Shown here: in pieces, positions 33,161-45,143 of the stretch
How the letters are laid out: every line of letters begins with the position of its first letter
How positions within the stretch are numbered: the stretch's first letter is position 1
Source: Salisapilia sapeloensis CBS 127946
Lineage: Eukaryota > Protista > Oomycota
Length of the DNA: 64,000 bases
Reading direction: 5' to 3'
NCBI GenBank assembly: GCA_023334545.1
Contig: JAADVB010000055.1
Coordinates: forward strand, 1 to 64,000
Translations under genes and position numbers: made by a program
Notes under the pieces: model-generated
The model's database searches: none
Seen by the model: only the letters and a program-made list of their open reading frames with translations
Told to the model about the DNA's origin: nothing

Positions 33161-35806
33161 ATGCCACGCACGAGGTCGCCATCGCGCTCTCGATCGCGCT
33201 CTCGAGGCAAGAGTCGAGGCAGGCCGTCTCGGTATCGCAGTCGGAGCGAAAGCCGAGACCGCTATCGTGGACGACGCAGATCTCGCTCGTATGACCGTCG
33301 TCGGTCTCCATCTCGATCGCGCCGGTCGAGAAGGAGTCGATCGTACTCGTCTTCACGATCTCGATCTCGGTCTAGAAGAAGTCGATCCTACTCTTCATCT
33401 CGATCCAGGTCCCGTTCGTATTCTAGTCGATCCGAGTCTAGATCTCCATCTAGATCTCGATCACGATCTCGAGGCAAAAGCAGGAGAGACGACGATGGAC
33501 GTGAAAGAGATAGCAAGAAACGTGATCGATCTGACAGTCGAGATGAAAAGAACACGAAACGACAGCATACTGGTAAAGATGACAGGGATCGCAAGTCGGA
33601 TGATGTAAAAGAAAAGGTAGAGGACAAAGAGAATGCTGATCGTAGCACTCCAAAGCCGGTAGAAGAGCAGGAAAACACCAAGCAGATCCAAGACGAAAAG
33701 GTGAATGTGAAGAAGGATGAGAAGACACCACCACAACTGTCCAAGTCAGAGGCTGAAGGCTCTAATGATGACAAGACGCCACCACGGTCGTCCAAGTCGC
33801 AAGCTAGACGAAGTAGTGAGAGCAAAACTCCTCCTCGTCGGCATAAAGCCGAAAAGGAAGACACCCCTCCTTCCAAATCGTCCAAAAAGGACAAATCGTC
33901 TAAGAAGCGGAGTTCTCGTAGAAGCCGTCGATCGAGATCGTCTTCTACCAGTAGTAGCAGCAGCAGCAGTAGCGACTCGGATACTCCGGAGAAAGCTCCA
34001 AAGAAAAAGAGGTCTCCCAAGAAGGACTCTCCAAAGAAGGATGCTCCCGAGCAAGAGAGTGAAGGCGTATACCCCAAGCCCAACCAGCCGGATATTCTAA
34101 CGGAGAAGCGGATGACAAGAACAGGAGGCGTGTACATCCCTCCGTTCAAGCTCGCTCGTATGCAGGCAGAAGAGAAGGACCCTTCATCTGAGCAGTACCA
34201 GCGTCAGACGTGGGATGCACTGCGGAAGAGTCTGAATGGTATCGTGAACAAGGTGAGCATGAGCAACATCCGGTACCTTTTGCCAGAGCTCTTCCAGGAG
34301 AATCTAGTACGAGGTCGAGGTCTCTTGGCTCGGAGCATCATGAAGGCGCAGATGGCGTCTCCTGGGTTCACCCACATCTATGCTGCCTTGGTAGCAGTGC
34401 TGAATACGAAGATGCCTGAGAATGGAGAGCTCATCGTCAAGCGTGTCGTCCTCCGCTTCCGACGATCGCTCAAGAGAGGCGACAAGATCGTCGCGTTGGC
34501 TTTAGTAAAGTTCCTAGCGCACTTGGTGAATCAACAAGTGGTGCATGAGCTCTTGGCGTTGGAAGTCTTATTGCTCTTGCTTTCGAACCCGACGGACGAC
34601 TCGATCGAAGTGGCTGTCAACTTCACCAAAGAATGCGGACAGCTCTTGGCGGAACTCTGCCCTGAAGGTCTTCGAGACATCTTTGAACGCTTCCGAGGTA
34701 TTCTACATGAAGGAGAGATTGACAAGAGAGTGCAGTACACGATCGAAGGGCTGTTTGCTATTCGTAAGAATGGATTTGCAGATTACCCTGCTGTACCGGA
34801 GGAGCTAGACCTAGTCGAGACAGGGGACCAGATCACGCACACCACGACGTTGGACGAGAAGATCGACGCAGAGGATAAACTCGATGTCTTCCGCTTTGAC
34901 CCCGAGTATGAAAAGAATGAAGAGATGTGGGAACAGATCAAGAAGGAGGTTCTGGGTGAAGATGATTCTGAATCGGAGGACGGGTCCGAAGAGTCGGAGG
35001 AGGAAGAAGAGGAGAACCAGGCGGCTACGCAGACGCAGGAGATCCAGGACATGACAGAGCAGGATCTGGTGAATTTGAGACGTACGATTTACCTGACAAT
35101 CATGTCGAGTGTTAGTCATGAAGAGTGCGCACATAAGCTCATGAAGATGCAGATCCGACCTGGTCAGGAGAAGGAGGTTTGTGGCATGCTGATCGAGTGC
35201 TGCAGTCAGGAGAGAACATATCTTAGATACTATGGTCTCCTAGGCCAGCGCTTTTGTCTTATCAAGAGAGAGTATCAGGACGCCTTTGACGTGTGCTTTG
35301 CAGAGCAGTACGCCGTCATCCATCGGCTCGAAACCAATAAGCTGCGGAACGTGGCCAAATTCTTTGCTCACTTGCTCTTTACCGACGCTTTGCCGTGGAC
35401 GGTCTTTGAGTACATTCGTCTAAACGAAGAGGAGACGACGAGTTCCAGTCGTATCTTTGTCAAGATCCTGTGTCAGGAACTGTCAGAGCATCTTGGCATG
35501 AAGACGCTCAAGGAGCGGTTCAATGACGAGCTCATGCAGCAGACGTTCGCTGGTCTCTTCCCGCGAGAAAATCCTCGCAACACTCGATTTGCCATCAACT
35601 TTTTCACGAGCATCGGTCTCGGTGGACTTACAACGGAACTGAGAGAGCACTTGAAGAATGCGCCGCAGATGATCATGCAGCAAGGCAAGAAAGAGGACGA
35701 CAGTAGCTCGGATAGTTCCAGTAGTTCGTCCGACTCGGATTCTAGTAGCTCGGATAGCGACTCTAGTGGCTCAGATTCTAGTAGCTCGGACAGTGACTCG
35801 GAGTAG
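33161..35806 (+). CDS. CWC22: Pre-mRNA splicing factor Cwc22 (RS region, MIF4G, MA3)
   Basis: TRTGGVYIPPFKL, WDALRKSLNGIVNK, RRTIYLTIMSS, RNTRFAINFFTSIGLGGLT. N-terminal RS repeats and C-terminal (S)nDSD tract. Confidence 0.96.
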   Translation: MPRTRSPSRSRSRSRGKSRGRPSRYRSRSESRDRYRGRRRSRSYDRRRSPSRSRRSRRSRSYSSSRSRSRSRRSRSYSSSRSRSRSYSSRSESRSPSRSRSRSRGKSRRDDDGRERDSKKRDRSDSRDEKNTKRQHTGKDDRDRKSDDVKEKVEDKENADRSTPKPVEEQENTKQIQDEKVNVKKDEKTPPQLSKSEAEGSNDDKTPPRSSKSQARRSSESKTPPRRHKAEKEDTPPSKSSKKDKSSKKRSSRRSRRSRSSSTSSSSSSSSDSDTPEKAPKKKRSPKKDSPKKDAPEQESEGVYPKPNQPDILTEKRMTRTGGVYIPPFKLARMQAEEKDPSSEQYQRQTWDALRKSLNGIVNKVSMSNIRYLLPELFQENLVRGRGLLARSIMKAQMASPGFTHIYAALVAVLNTKMPENGELIVKRVVLRFRRSLKRGDKIVALALVKFLAHLVNQQVVHELLALEVLLLLLSNPTDDSIEVAVNFTKECGQLLAELCPEGLRDIFERFRGILHEGEIDKRVQYTIEGLFAIRKNGFADYPAVPEELDLVETGDQITHTTTLDEKIDAEDKLDVFRFDPEYEKNEEMWEQIKKEVLGEDDSESEDGSEESEEEEEENQAATQTQEIQDMTEQDLVNLRRTIYLTIMSSVSHEECAHKLMKMQIRPGQEKEVCGMLIECCSQERTYLRYYGLLGQRFCLIKREYQDAFDVCFAEQYAVIHRLETNKLRNVAKFFAHLLFTDALPWTVFEYIRLNEEETTSSSRIFVKILCQELSEHLGMKTLKERFNDELMQQTFAGLFPRENPRNTRFAINFFTSIGLGGLTTELREHLKNAPQMIMQQGKKEDDSSSDSSSSSSDSDSSSSDSDSSGSDSSSSDSDSE

Positions 35807-35842
35807 CAATACAAGACGTTTGTTTAGGTATACTCTCTTGTT

Positions 35843-37002
<1,160 letters not shown>

Positions 37003-37155
37003 GTCCACACTTGGTTGTCAATACGTCCCAAATTATATTTTTATAAAGCATTGATTGAAAGAGTCAAGTGTATGTTTTATAGTGGACATTCGCTCGAACT
37101 GCCAAATTGTGGTGGCATACGCCCGAGCTCGACTTGCAGTGGTACTGGGCGGCGC

Positions 37156-38149
37156 ATGGCGACTCCTTCGGCGTACAAGCATGTTCGGAAGCTTTTAGTC
37201 GGGCTAGGAAATCCGGGGAAGAAATTTGACGGCACCAGGTAAGTTTAATTGCACGCTTATAGCCCACATCTAGCGTTTCTGATGGATACTGCTGGCATGA
37301 AGCACTCTTTTGGAGATGGAAAAGATGCTAACAATGCTTTCATTTGCTCTCTATGTAGGCATAATATTGGCAATGCCGTGGTGAGTCATTTTCTAGAGAC
37401 TTATGCCCAACAAGTGCTGGTATACTTGAAAATTACATTTATGCTGGTGCTTCGTCTAATGAGATCTATAACAGGGCACTAGTCTATCCTTTCGACACGA
37501 ATCCAATTGCCATGGAGACTTGTGCAAGTTCTCTCTTCCATTTCAGCATTCAATTGATCCTGGTGACCGCACGTCTCCCATTGACGACCTCATCAGCAAG
37601 TCATCAACACGTCGACGAGCAAAGACGATCGAAGAAGGCGTGCCTCACGCACAAGTTAACGTCGCTCTCTTGCTGCCTACCACGTACATGAACCGCAGTG
37701 GAGTTGCAGTCCGGTCGTTTATGCATACTCACCAGTGGCGTCTAAAGCGAAATCCTCTGTCATTGTCAACATCGAGCGACGAGCTCTTGGTCATAGCTGA
37801 CGACGTTGCACTACCCTTTGGTACATGCCGATTCAAGCCGAAGGGAGGTGCCGGTGGTCAGAATGGACTAAAGGATGTCATCAAGAGCGCTGGAACTGAG
37901 CGATTTGGACGGCTGAAGATTGGTGTGGGCGCACCAGAGTGGTTTACAGGAGGTACAGGTGCACCTCCTGGTACTGCAATGGACAAGTTTGTCCTCTCTC
38001 GCTTCAATGCCGACGAGCAGGACCAATTGCCAAAATTGCTCGAGTACACGAATGAGCTCTTGCGATTGTACCTGCATCGAGGTCTTAGTCAAGCAGCGAC
38101 AGTTTCCAATAGCATGCAGCTAGAAGACTTCCGGAAGATCGCAGTATAG
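37156..38149 (+). CDS. PTH1: Peptidyl-tRNA hydrolase, Pth1 (bacterial/organellar) type, spliced
   Basis: LLVGLGNPGKKFDGTR|HNIG, PTTYMNRSG, LLVIADDVALPFG, GGAGGQNG, RLKIGVG and FVLSRF. Alternative upstream start at 37072. Confidence 0.88.
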
Positions 38150-38225
38150 AAAAATAGAGTCGAAGTTCGAGCGTCAAATTGTAGTTGATTACGCGATACA
38201 ACAATCCGTCACAAACTATCTCGCC

Positions 38226-39352
38226 ATGTCAAGGAATGAGGAGACAGCGATGCCGCCGCCGCCGGTGCTGATGGAGCGATATGATCCGAACGATGCGATC
38301 AAGCTGCTGGTCATTCAGGCAATAGGCTTGACGCTGGCAGTCCAGCTCACGGGAAGTTTGGAGGAGCATTTCGCACCAGAGCTGCAGGATCCGACGTTTG
38401 TGAATAAGTGTGTCATTGTTGTATATAGCTATATTCGGACGTTGGCAGCTGACCTCCTGCTTTTCAATTGATAAGATCGATCGGGTCATTGTTGTCCATT
38501 TATTTTGCTATCTCCTTCGTCTTCCGCTTCGTCAATGAAGGTATTTCCACTAAAATTTCGGACAAGTAATGGACTTCTTAGCTATTTGCACTCCATCCGA
38601 CGATTAGGATCGCATGTCTTGTACGACGCAATGTGGGTTTGCAACGCCGCCATTGTCCTTGTTATTCATGGGCTATTCACTGGCAGACCATTCTTCGCTG
38701 GACTTGCTGTAAGATCCGAGTTTTACACTCTGTTGTCGGAAAATTAAGTCTTTTGGACATGGATACGTAGATGGCAAGCGTATCTGGCTATCAGCTATTC
38801 TTCATATTTGACCTCATCACGTATTGGTCGAGTGGGCGTACCAATTTCGGAACTTTACAGCATATCTTCGAGTCCGAGAACAAGTCAACACTCAAATGGG
38901 TGTTTGCATCTCATCACGTCTGGTTCCTACCACTCTGCTTCTACGTATGCTGCTATTTATGAGCTACTATCCGACTTTCAGTTAATATCTATATCTTGTA
39001 GGTGACCATGGGACATGGAGGCATGCATGAGTCAAGTTTCTCGGCCTCCTTCTTGCTCATCTTTTATCTCATCGCCTACAGTCGACTCACGTCTCCGTTC
39101 GAAGTGAAGCTTGAGGGCGAGGACCGACCACTATATGTCAATGCAAACTGCGCCTACGAGTTCTATGAAGCAAAGTCCATCCCCTTCCTTCACGCTCTCG
39201 ACCACTGGCACCCTGGTATCTACATACCTTACGTGACCATTGTAGGCAACATTTTCATAAACGGAGTACCGCACATGCTCGTGCTTGGGATTGCACTGAC
39301 GCTGCGATTCCATCCGCTTATCGTTGGATTTGACCAAGACAAAAGCGAATGA
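38226..39352 (+). CDS. Multi-pass membrane protein, multi-exon (possibly TMEM164/YwaF-like)
   Basis: Several hydrophobic exons with polar motifs LYDAMWVCN, FASHHVWFLP and YVNANCAYEF. The family call is tentative. Confidence 0.6.
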
Positions 39353-40493
39353 ATAGGCGAAAAAGGATACACTTTTACGTTCGAATTTGCTCTTCAGACT
39401 TGTTCCTCATCGTTTATTCCTTCGCTAACTTCTTCTCAAGTGGCGGTTGTGGGCATTAAATATCTGCTTTAAACCGCAGAAAACTCTGCAATTAGTGTCG
39501 TTGATGAACAGTTGTAGATTTTCATGTCAATCGCTCCCGTCATATCTATATCCTCCACTTTATAGAGAGCACTCTTTCGGACTAAGACTCGACCAGAAAA
39601 AATCGTTTGCTCTGCAGAGATAGCAGTAGTGCAGACATGTAAAAAAGCAGACTTGCATTCTTGTTGAATTCATCTTCGGGATAATAAAAGTATGCTTGGA
39701 AACTATGTTGGGCCGGACATGATGCAGGACACTTCAAAATGTAAGCAGACACTCATGATCTTTCCTCTTTATAACAACATTCCATCTGATAACAGAGCTA
39801 ATGTCAGTACGCTAAACGTGAACTTAACCAGCAAATATATGAGATGAGGACTTCATTTTCGTGCCGAAAAAGATTCTATGTGGTAACTTTAAAGTCAAAA
39901 TTTAAGTTACTTTTAAATTCTTTACAAGCATCAAGCTTTTGTTTGTGGTAAAAGCCTGGGATGCCACTTTAGGTAGCTCTGGATAGCGTCAAGTATAAAG
40001 CAGTCAACGCAAAAGTCAGTAGTACTTGACGCGATACTGCTAGGTTATAATTGTTGTGTCCTACTAAGCCATGCAATCAGCCTCACGTTTTAAATCTTTA
40101 TTGTTAAAGTAGGTGTCCGTTTTACATATATCAAGGTAAAAGATCAAGCTTCCATGAGGAAGTCGGGTTCACCTGCCTAGCCAAAATTTTTGTTCATCAG
40201 GGATGGAGTGCTTGCCATATCTACATCAAATTCAAGCAGTGCATTGCAACCATCTTTGCTATTCTTCAGCCTTAGCAACGATATCATTGCATTATCGACT
40301 CGTTTGAAAGTCTCGGGATAGAGACACCACTTAGACATATCAGAATCCTGCTTAACCAAACGCAATCCTAGCTATTGGTAAACAATTTGAAAGCACAGCG
40401 ACTCCAGCTTTCAACGGTGAGGCTGAAAGCTCAAAGAAGATGGTAGGATGCCTGGTCTAGATCATTTTAAATAGACTGCACAACAAATTCTGA

Positions 40494-42914
40494 TTACTTC
40501 TTCGGGTGCATGTCTTGAAGGCTTTCTTCCACTACGACGACGGGTTGGTCTTGAAGCTTTATACGTCGAAGTCTACGGTTAATTTTACGCATAAAGCGGT
40601 CAGGACGAGGGTGGCGAACTGTGCCGTTATGACCGCCCACCCATCTTCGTCCACGTTTAGGAATGTGAGGCTTTCTAGGGGCTTCTACTGCTTGTATGTT
40701 AACAGTTTGGTTCGAAGGCATAGCTAGCTTTTCCAGCAATTCTTCTTTTGCAATTTGAATCTGCTTCATTGTTGATAGCGGCTTAATTTCTTTCGTTAAT
40801 CCACTGTAATACAGTGTCTGCAAGTTCTCTGTAAAGTTTCCACGCCGTATACGATCGATCTTTACATTGCTTGCTTCAGTATCTGTATCGCCACCGCATT
40901 CCTCTGCTATCCCTTCTCGAAGCGTCTTGATTATTGAAAGCGCTGAGGTATCAACACACCCAATATCGTTGTGGCATTCAGGTGATAGTAACTCCGTAGT
41001 TGTGTATGTGCAGTCTTCACCATTATTATGATGTAAAGGTGGTAGTTCTGTCACAGGAATGCGATCTCCTTCTACTCTACGACTACTGCTAATTGAGGGC
41101 TTTGGCTTAAAGTTATCAGCGACAAAGCTTGCATTGCTTATCGATGACAATCGCTTTCGATCGGATTCTGAGATAACTATGGTCGACAACCGGTTTCTCT
41201 CTGCAACAGCAAATCTTTCGTCGTGTGTCGTGGTCAGGAGTGGTGTTTCGTCATTTACTAGATCTACATGATCTTTTTGGGCTAGTCTTAGGGTATTCTT
41301 CACGGCCATTATGCGAGCCCGGAGTGCTGGAGATCTCTTAGACTGAAATAATTTCTTCTTTTTCTGAGCTTTATCTGCTTGCTTTTGCTGCAACGTAATC
41401 AGCGCAGCACACTCAATGTCTCCAGTCAAATGCTCTTGACTACCACACCATCCGCAAATACACTTCGCGTCAATCATCATATCCTTGGTAGATCTGTAAT
41501 CCATGCAGAATATTCAGAGGGTAACTATTAACGTAGGGAGCCTATAACTTACAGAGTTATGACGAGCCCAGGGTGGGCGAGAGCCATTGCCATCCGGGTT
41601 TGTCGCCAAGAATCCCTAGTGTTTTTGATCCATCGCAACTTCTGAAGTGTTTCTTTAATAAATGCAATGCCTTGAAGAGAAAAATAATCGCGATAGGTTT
41701 CTCGCTACCCATTCAGTCACTTCTTTTTTCATTCATGTTGGGAAATAAATACACATATGCACACTTACATCCATGACGAGCACCTTGACGTCCGTTATTG
41801 CGAAGAGGTCGACAGTACTCGCGACCTTGCCTGTAATTATCGGTAACTCATTGCAAACATCATGATCTTGATACAAATTGGTTTCCACAGCAATTTTTCT
41901 TTTTGGTATCTCAATTCTAGACCGTCGAACTGTACCTGGAATTGTGACTCGTTCCGATTGTCGAGACAGCGACTCCTCTACTGCGGTGCACTTCACCACT
42001 TTCCCATTCGCATTAACATGTTGAATAATCGGCACGCTTTCTTGGACAACTCCTCCGAAAATAAAGAATAGGCAATTTGCCTCCGCTCCAACGCGAGCCA
42101 AGTAAGATCCTGCGGGAAATTCAGCTGAACGTAGACGGTTAGAAAGTCGAGAAAGCTCCCCGTGTGGCCATTTATCGAGAAAGAAAAAAGTCTCAAGTAG
42201 CTCTACTGGTGTAAAGTCTAGTTGATCGGAGTTGTTCACTCGGATAAGGCGTTGGTAGGACCCTCGTTTGAGACAAATAAACGATGTTGGTACATCACAT
42301 TTAATTGTGCATGAGCGTTTGGCCGTTGGGTCTAAAATGGCTACTTCGCCAAACGTACCACCGACTCCTATATGTTTCAGGAAGGTTCCAAAGTCTTCTG
42401 GTATTTCCTCTACCCTGCTATCTCGTCGTTGGCGATCAGTCTCTCCTGCAAGTGTATTTGCCGAGTTGCGCCGATGAATACGTAGTCGTTCTCCTTTGCT
42501 GTTTATAAATAAGGAGACAGATCCTTCAATGATGATAAAGAATGTATCGCCAAAGTCTCCTTGACGGCATACGATTCCATCTGTGGGTAGTTCGAGTAGC
42601 GTCATCTCCCGACAAATAGTTTTACAAACGATCTCCTGAGCACCTTTGAAAATGTTTGTGTTCAAGGCATTCTGTAGAACGTAGTTATACAGGGTGTCAA
42701 TGTCTTGTGGTTCACGCGCTTCGGGTATTTTGACCAAGATAGAACGGAGCTGTCGAATCTCTCGCTTCCTCTCCTGCTCATCCAGCGTCGGTGGTATGTA
42801 CTCGTCTAGTTGTTGTTGGATTTGCTCCAGAAATGAATCTCGACGAGTGGATGCCTGTCTTGGGGCTTGACGGGATCTTGGATAGAGCAGTACGGATGGA
42901 GATGCATCAGTCAT
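40494..42914 (-). CDS. Tandem cyclic-nucleotide-binding-domain protein with Zn-knuckle-like motif and disordered tail (3 exons)
   Basis: VCRQGDFGDTFFIIIEGSV..FGEVAILDPTAKRSCTI (cNMP domain 1) and LARVGAEANCLFFIFGGVV (domain 2). GT-AG joins near 41770-41705 and 41560-41497 link to ORF 40494-41504. Confidence 0.75.
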
Positions 42915-43195
42915 TTGATCTATCCTCAAGTATCTGGCTTCTCATGCGCCAACCTTGTTGCTTTTCTATCTTTAGATTCCTAAATCGGTATTATTAACCA
43001 ACGGTCTATCTCTATGGATGGATGTCTTTGAGCATGCTCTACTGCTAGATGAGCTACAACGAGATTTGCATAGAAGACGTAGATGCCCAATTCGCCAGCT
43101 TCAATACATCTTCAATAATGTATGCACTTTTGTAATGACTGATGTAGATTTGCAACTTAATTGAAAACCACGAAAAGTAGAATCAAAGCCATACG

Positions 43196-43729
43196 ATGTC
43201 CCTGTCGCTAGATCAGTCCTCCAGCGCCGAGTTCCTGCGCTTCCTAGCACGGTTCACCGGTGTATCAACGGCGTCTGCTGCCCGTGGACCTGTCCGCATT
43301 CGTGTGGGAAAGAGTACGGACCTATACCAGCCGACAGCAATCGCAAGGGCTCTCGCGAGGCAAGCGGATCGTGAGGATGAGCTCTGCGGTGCTTCTCCGC
43401 TCGAAATTGCCCTTGTCGCGCAATGGCTTGACGTATCCATGCATGCCATTTCAGACAACAACAAAGATTTATTGAAGCAGCTTTCGGAGAAGTTGGAGCA
43501 GCGACTGCAGACTCGGACGTATGTTGCTGCGGAGCGAGTGACCCTCGCCGATGCTGCATTATTCTGGGCGTTGAGAGAAAGCTTGGTGAAGATGAAAGCG
43601 GGCGACAAAAAGAATCTTCCGAACGTCTGCCGCTGGTTTGACCAGGTTCAGCACACGGCTGGAGTGCGAGGCTTTCGCGACATGGAGCTCGTCCAGTTCG
43701 AGCGCAAGCCCTTCGTCATTGCCATGTAA
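43196..43729 (+). CDS. Stand-alone GST-C-fold protein, AIMP3/EEF1E1 (p18) or Arc1p-N-like, 177 aa
   Basis: LCGASPLEIALVAQWLD, TYVAAERVTLADAALFWAL and NVCRWFDQVQH are typical of aminoacyl-tRNA-synthetase-associated GST domains. Confidence 0.75.
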   Translation: MSLSLDQSSSAEFLRFLARFTGVSTASAARGPVRIRVGKSTDLYQPTAIARALARQADREDELCGASPLEIALVAQWLDVSMHAISDNNKDLLKQLSEKLEQRLQTRTYVAAERVTLADAALFWALRESLVKMKAGDKKNLPNVCRWFDQVQHTAGVRGFRDMELVQFERKPFVIAM

Positions 43730-43862
43730 GCGAAAGGCGGAGGATAATCCATAATTCAAAATCAGTTGATGCCAGATTTGTCGTAAATTTTAGGATCCGT
43801 TTCTTGTCCTTCGTGCTAGTCGCTGAAACGCCTCCATTTGGCATTCTTTCACTCAAAAGAGG

Positions 43863-45119
43863 ATGAAGTCACCAGTGCATACTTCAGACGCGACATCATC
43901 GACATCGTTCCCGTCTCCATCCAAAACGTTGGTCTCGACTGCTCAAAATGTTGCTCGTGATGTATCCATTACGTGGTCGATTCCAAAGCCCGATGGTATC
44001 CTTCCACGTGCCAGAGGAGGCCACTCGACTGTCGTTCTTGGAACTCTGCTCATAGTCTTCGGAGGTCATTACTTTAGCGGTCACGGTATCTTTGAGTATT
44101 TAAACGACATTCAGTGTCTTGATTTGGAAACGTTGACTTGGAGGGAAATCTTGGATCCTACGTCGACAGTCAACGCTAGGCGTATCAAGGATGGGAATTT
44201 AATTGTACCGGCTCCACGCTATCATCACTCAGCTGTGCTTGTGAACGACGAAACCAAGATGGTTATCTTTGGAGGTCGAGGGCGTGATGGTGTGCTTTAT
44301 AACGACGTATACGCGCTCGATCTGACCACTTGGACATGGCAAGAACTTAACGCTTCCGGACCAGTGCCACCACCACGATTCGGTCATGGATGTACCACTT
44401 GCTCTGACGATACAAGCATAGTCCTGTTTGGCGGATGGGATGGTAAACGGAGCATGGGTGACTTGTGGGTCTTTGATACTTTGGCTATGAAATGGGTAAA
44501 GCCGAAGGCTCATGGGAAGGCGCCGACACCGAGACAAAACCATGCCACAGCAGTTGTTCCTGGAACGTCAGACATTGTTGTCGTCGGAGGGTATACAGTC
44601 CAGCCTTCCGCCGATACGCACATTCTACCCGTGTACAACCGCGACGCATTCTTCCTGAATACAAAAACGTTTACATGGACACGCCCTAGGATTGTTGGCG
44701 AGTACCCGACTGCGGCATTCGGTCATAGTCTAAACTTTGATGACGATCTAGCTTTTATGCTCGGGGGATGGTCTGGCACAGAGCGGTCGCCTCTTTTCAT
44801 GGGCGACTCGCAAGTGCATCAGATGGCAAAGATGCTAGCGAGAGAAGAGAAGCTTTCCAATGGCGTCGAGTCCGCCGAGTCTCATCAGCAGACTCTCAAA
44901 GAGCTCCGAAAGGCGTCTGCACATATAAGGATTTTGGACATGAGTGCCAGCACGAGGCAGTGGATTCGACCAACGATGAAAGGTAGATATATCGAAAACC
45001 GGTACGGACACACGTGCAGTATCGTTGGTCCAACCATTTTTATCTTTGGAGGTTGGGACGGCAATCGAGCTCTAAATCAGCTTGTCATAGGCGAGTTCAG
45101 AGTGCACGAAAGGAAATAG
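43863..45119 (+). CDS. Kelch-repeat beta-propeller protein
   Basis: Repeats PRARGGHSTV, PAPRYHHSAV, PPPRFGHGCT, PTPRQNHATA and NRYGHTCS with GG/W signatures. Confidence 0.9.
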   Translation: MKSPVHTSDATSSTSFPSPSKTLVSTAQNVARDVSITWSIPKPDGILPRARGGHSTVVLGTLLIVFGGHYFSGHGIFEYLNDIQCLDLETLTWREILDPTSTVNARRIKDGNLIVPAPRYHHSAVLVNDETKMVIFGGRGRDGVLYNDVYALDLTTWTWQELNASGPVPPPRFGHGCTTCSDDTSIVLFGGWDGKRSMGDLWVFDTLAMKWVKPKAHGKAPTPRQNHATAVVPGTSDIVVVGGYTVQPSADTHILPVYNRDAFFLNTKTFTWTRPRIVGEYPTAAFGHSLNFDDDLAFMLGGWSGTERSPLFMGDSQVHQMAKMLAREEKLSNGVESAESHQQTLKELRKASAHIRILDMSASTRQWIRPTMKGRYIENRYGHTCSIVGPTIFIFGGWDGNRALNQLVIGEFRVHERK

Positions 45120-45143
45120 AAACGAGTTGTCATCTAATCGAGT

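Noticed and set aside
32970-34149. Overlapping ORFs and tctcga/tctaga near-repeats at the CWC22 5' end
   Set aside because: By-products of Arg-Ser codon repeats, not a DNA repeat element or CRISPR array.
35700-35803. Repeated tctagtagctcgga-like units
   Set aside because: They encode the SSSSDSD tail of Cwc22; no unique spacers and no cas genes.
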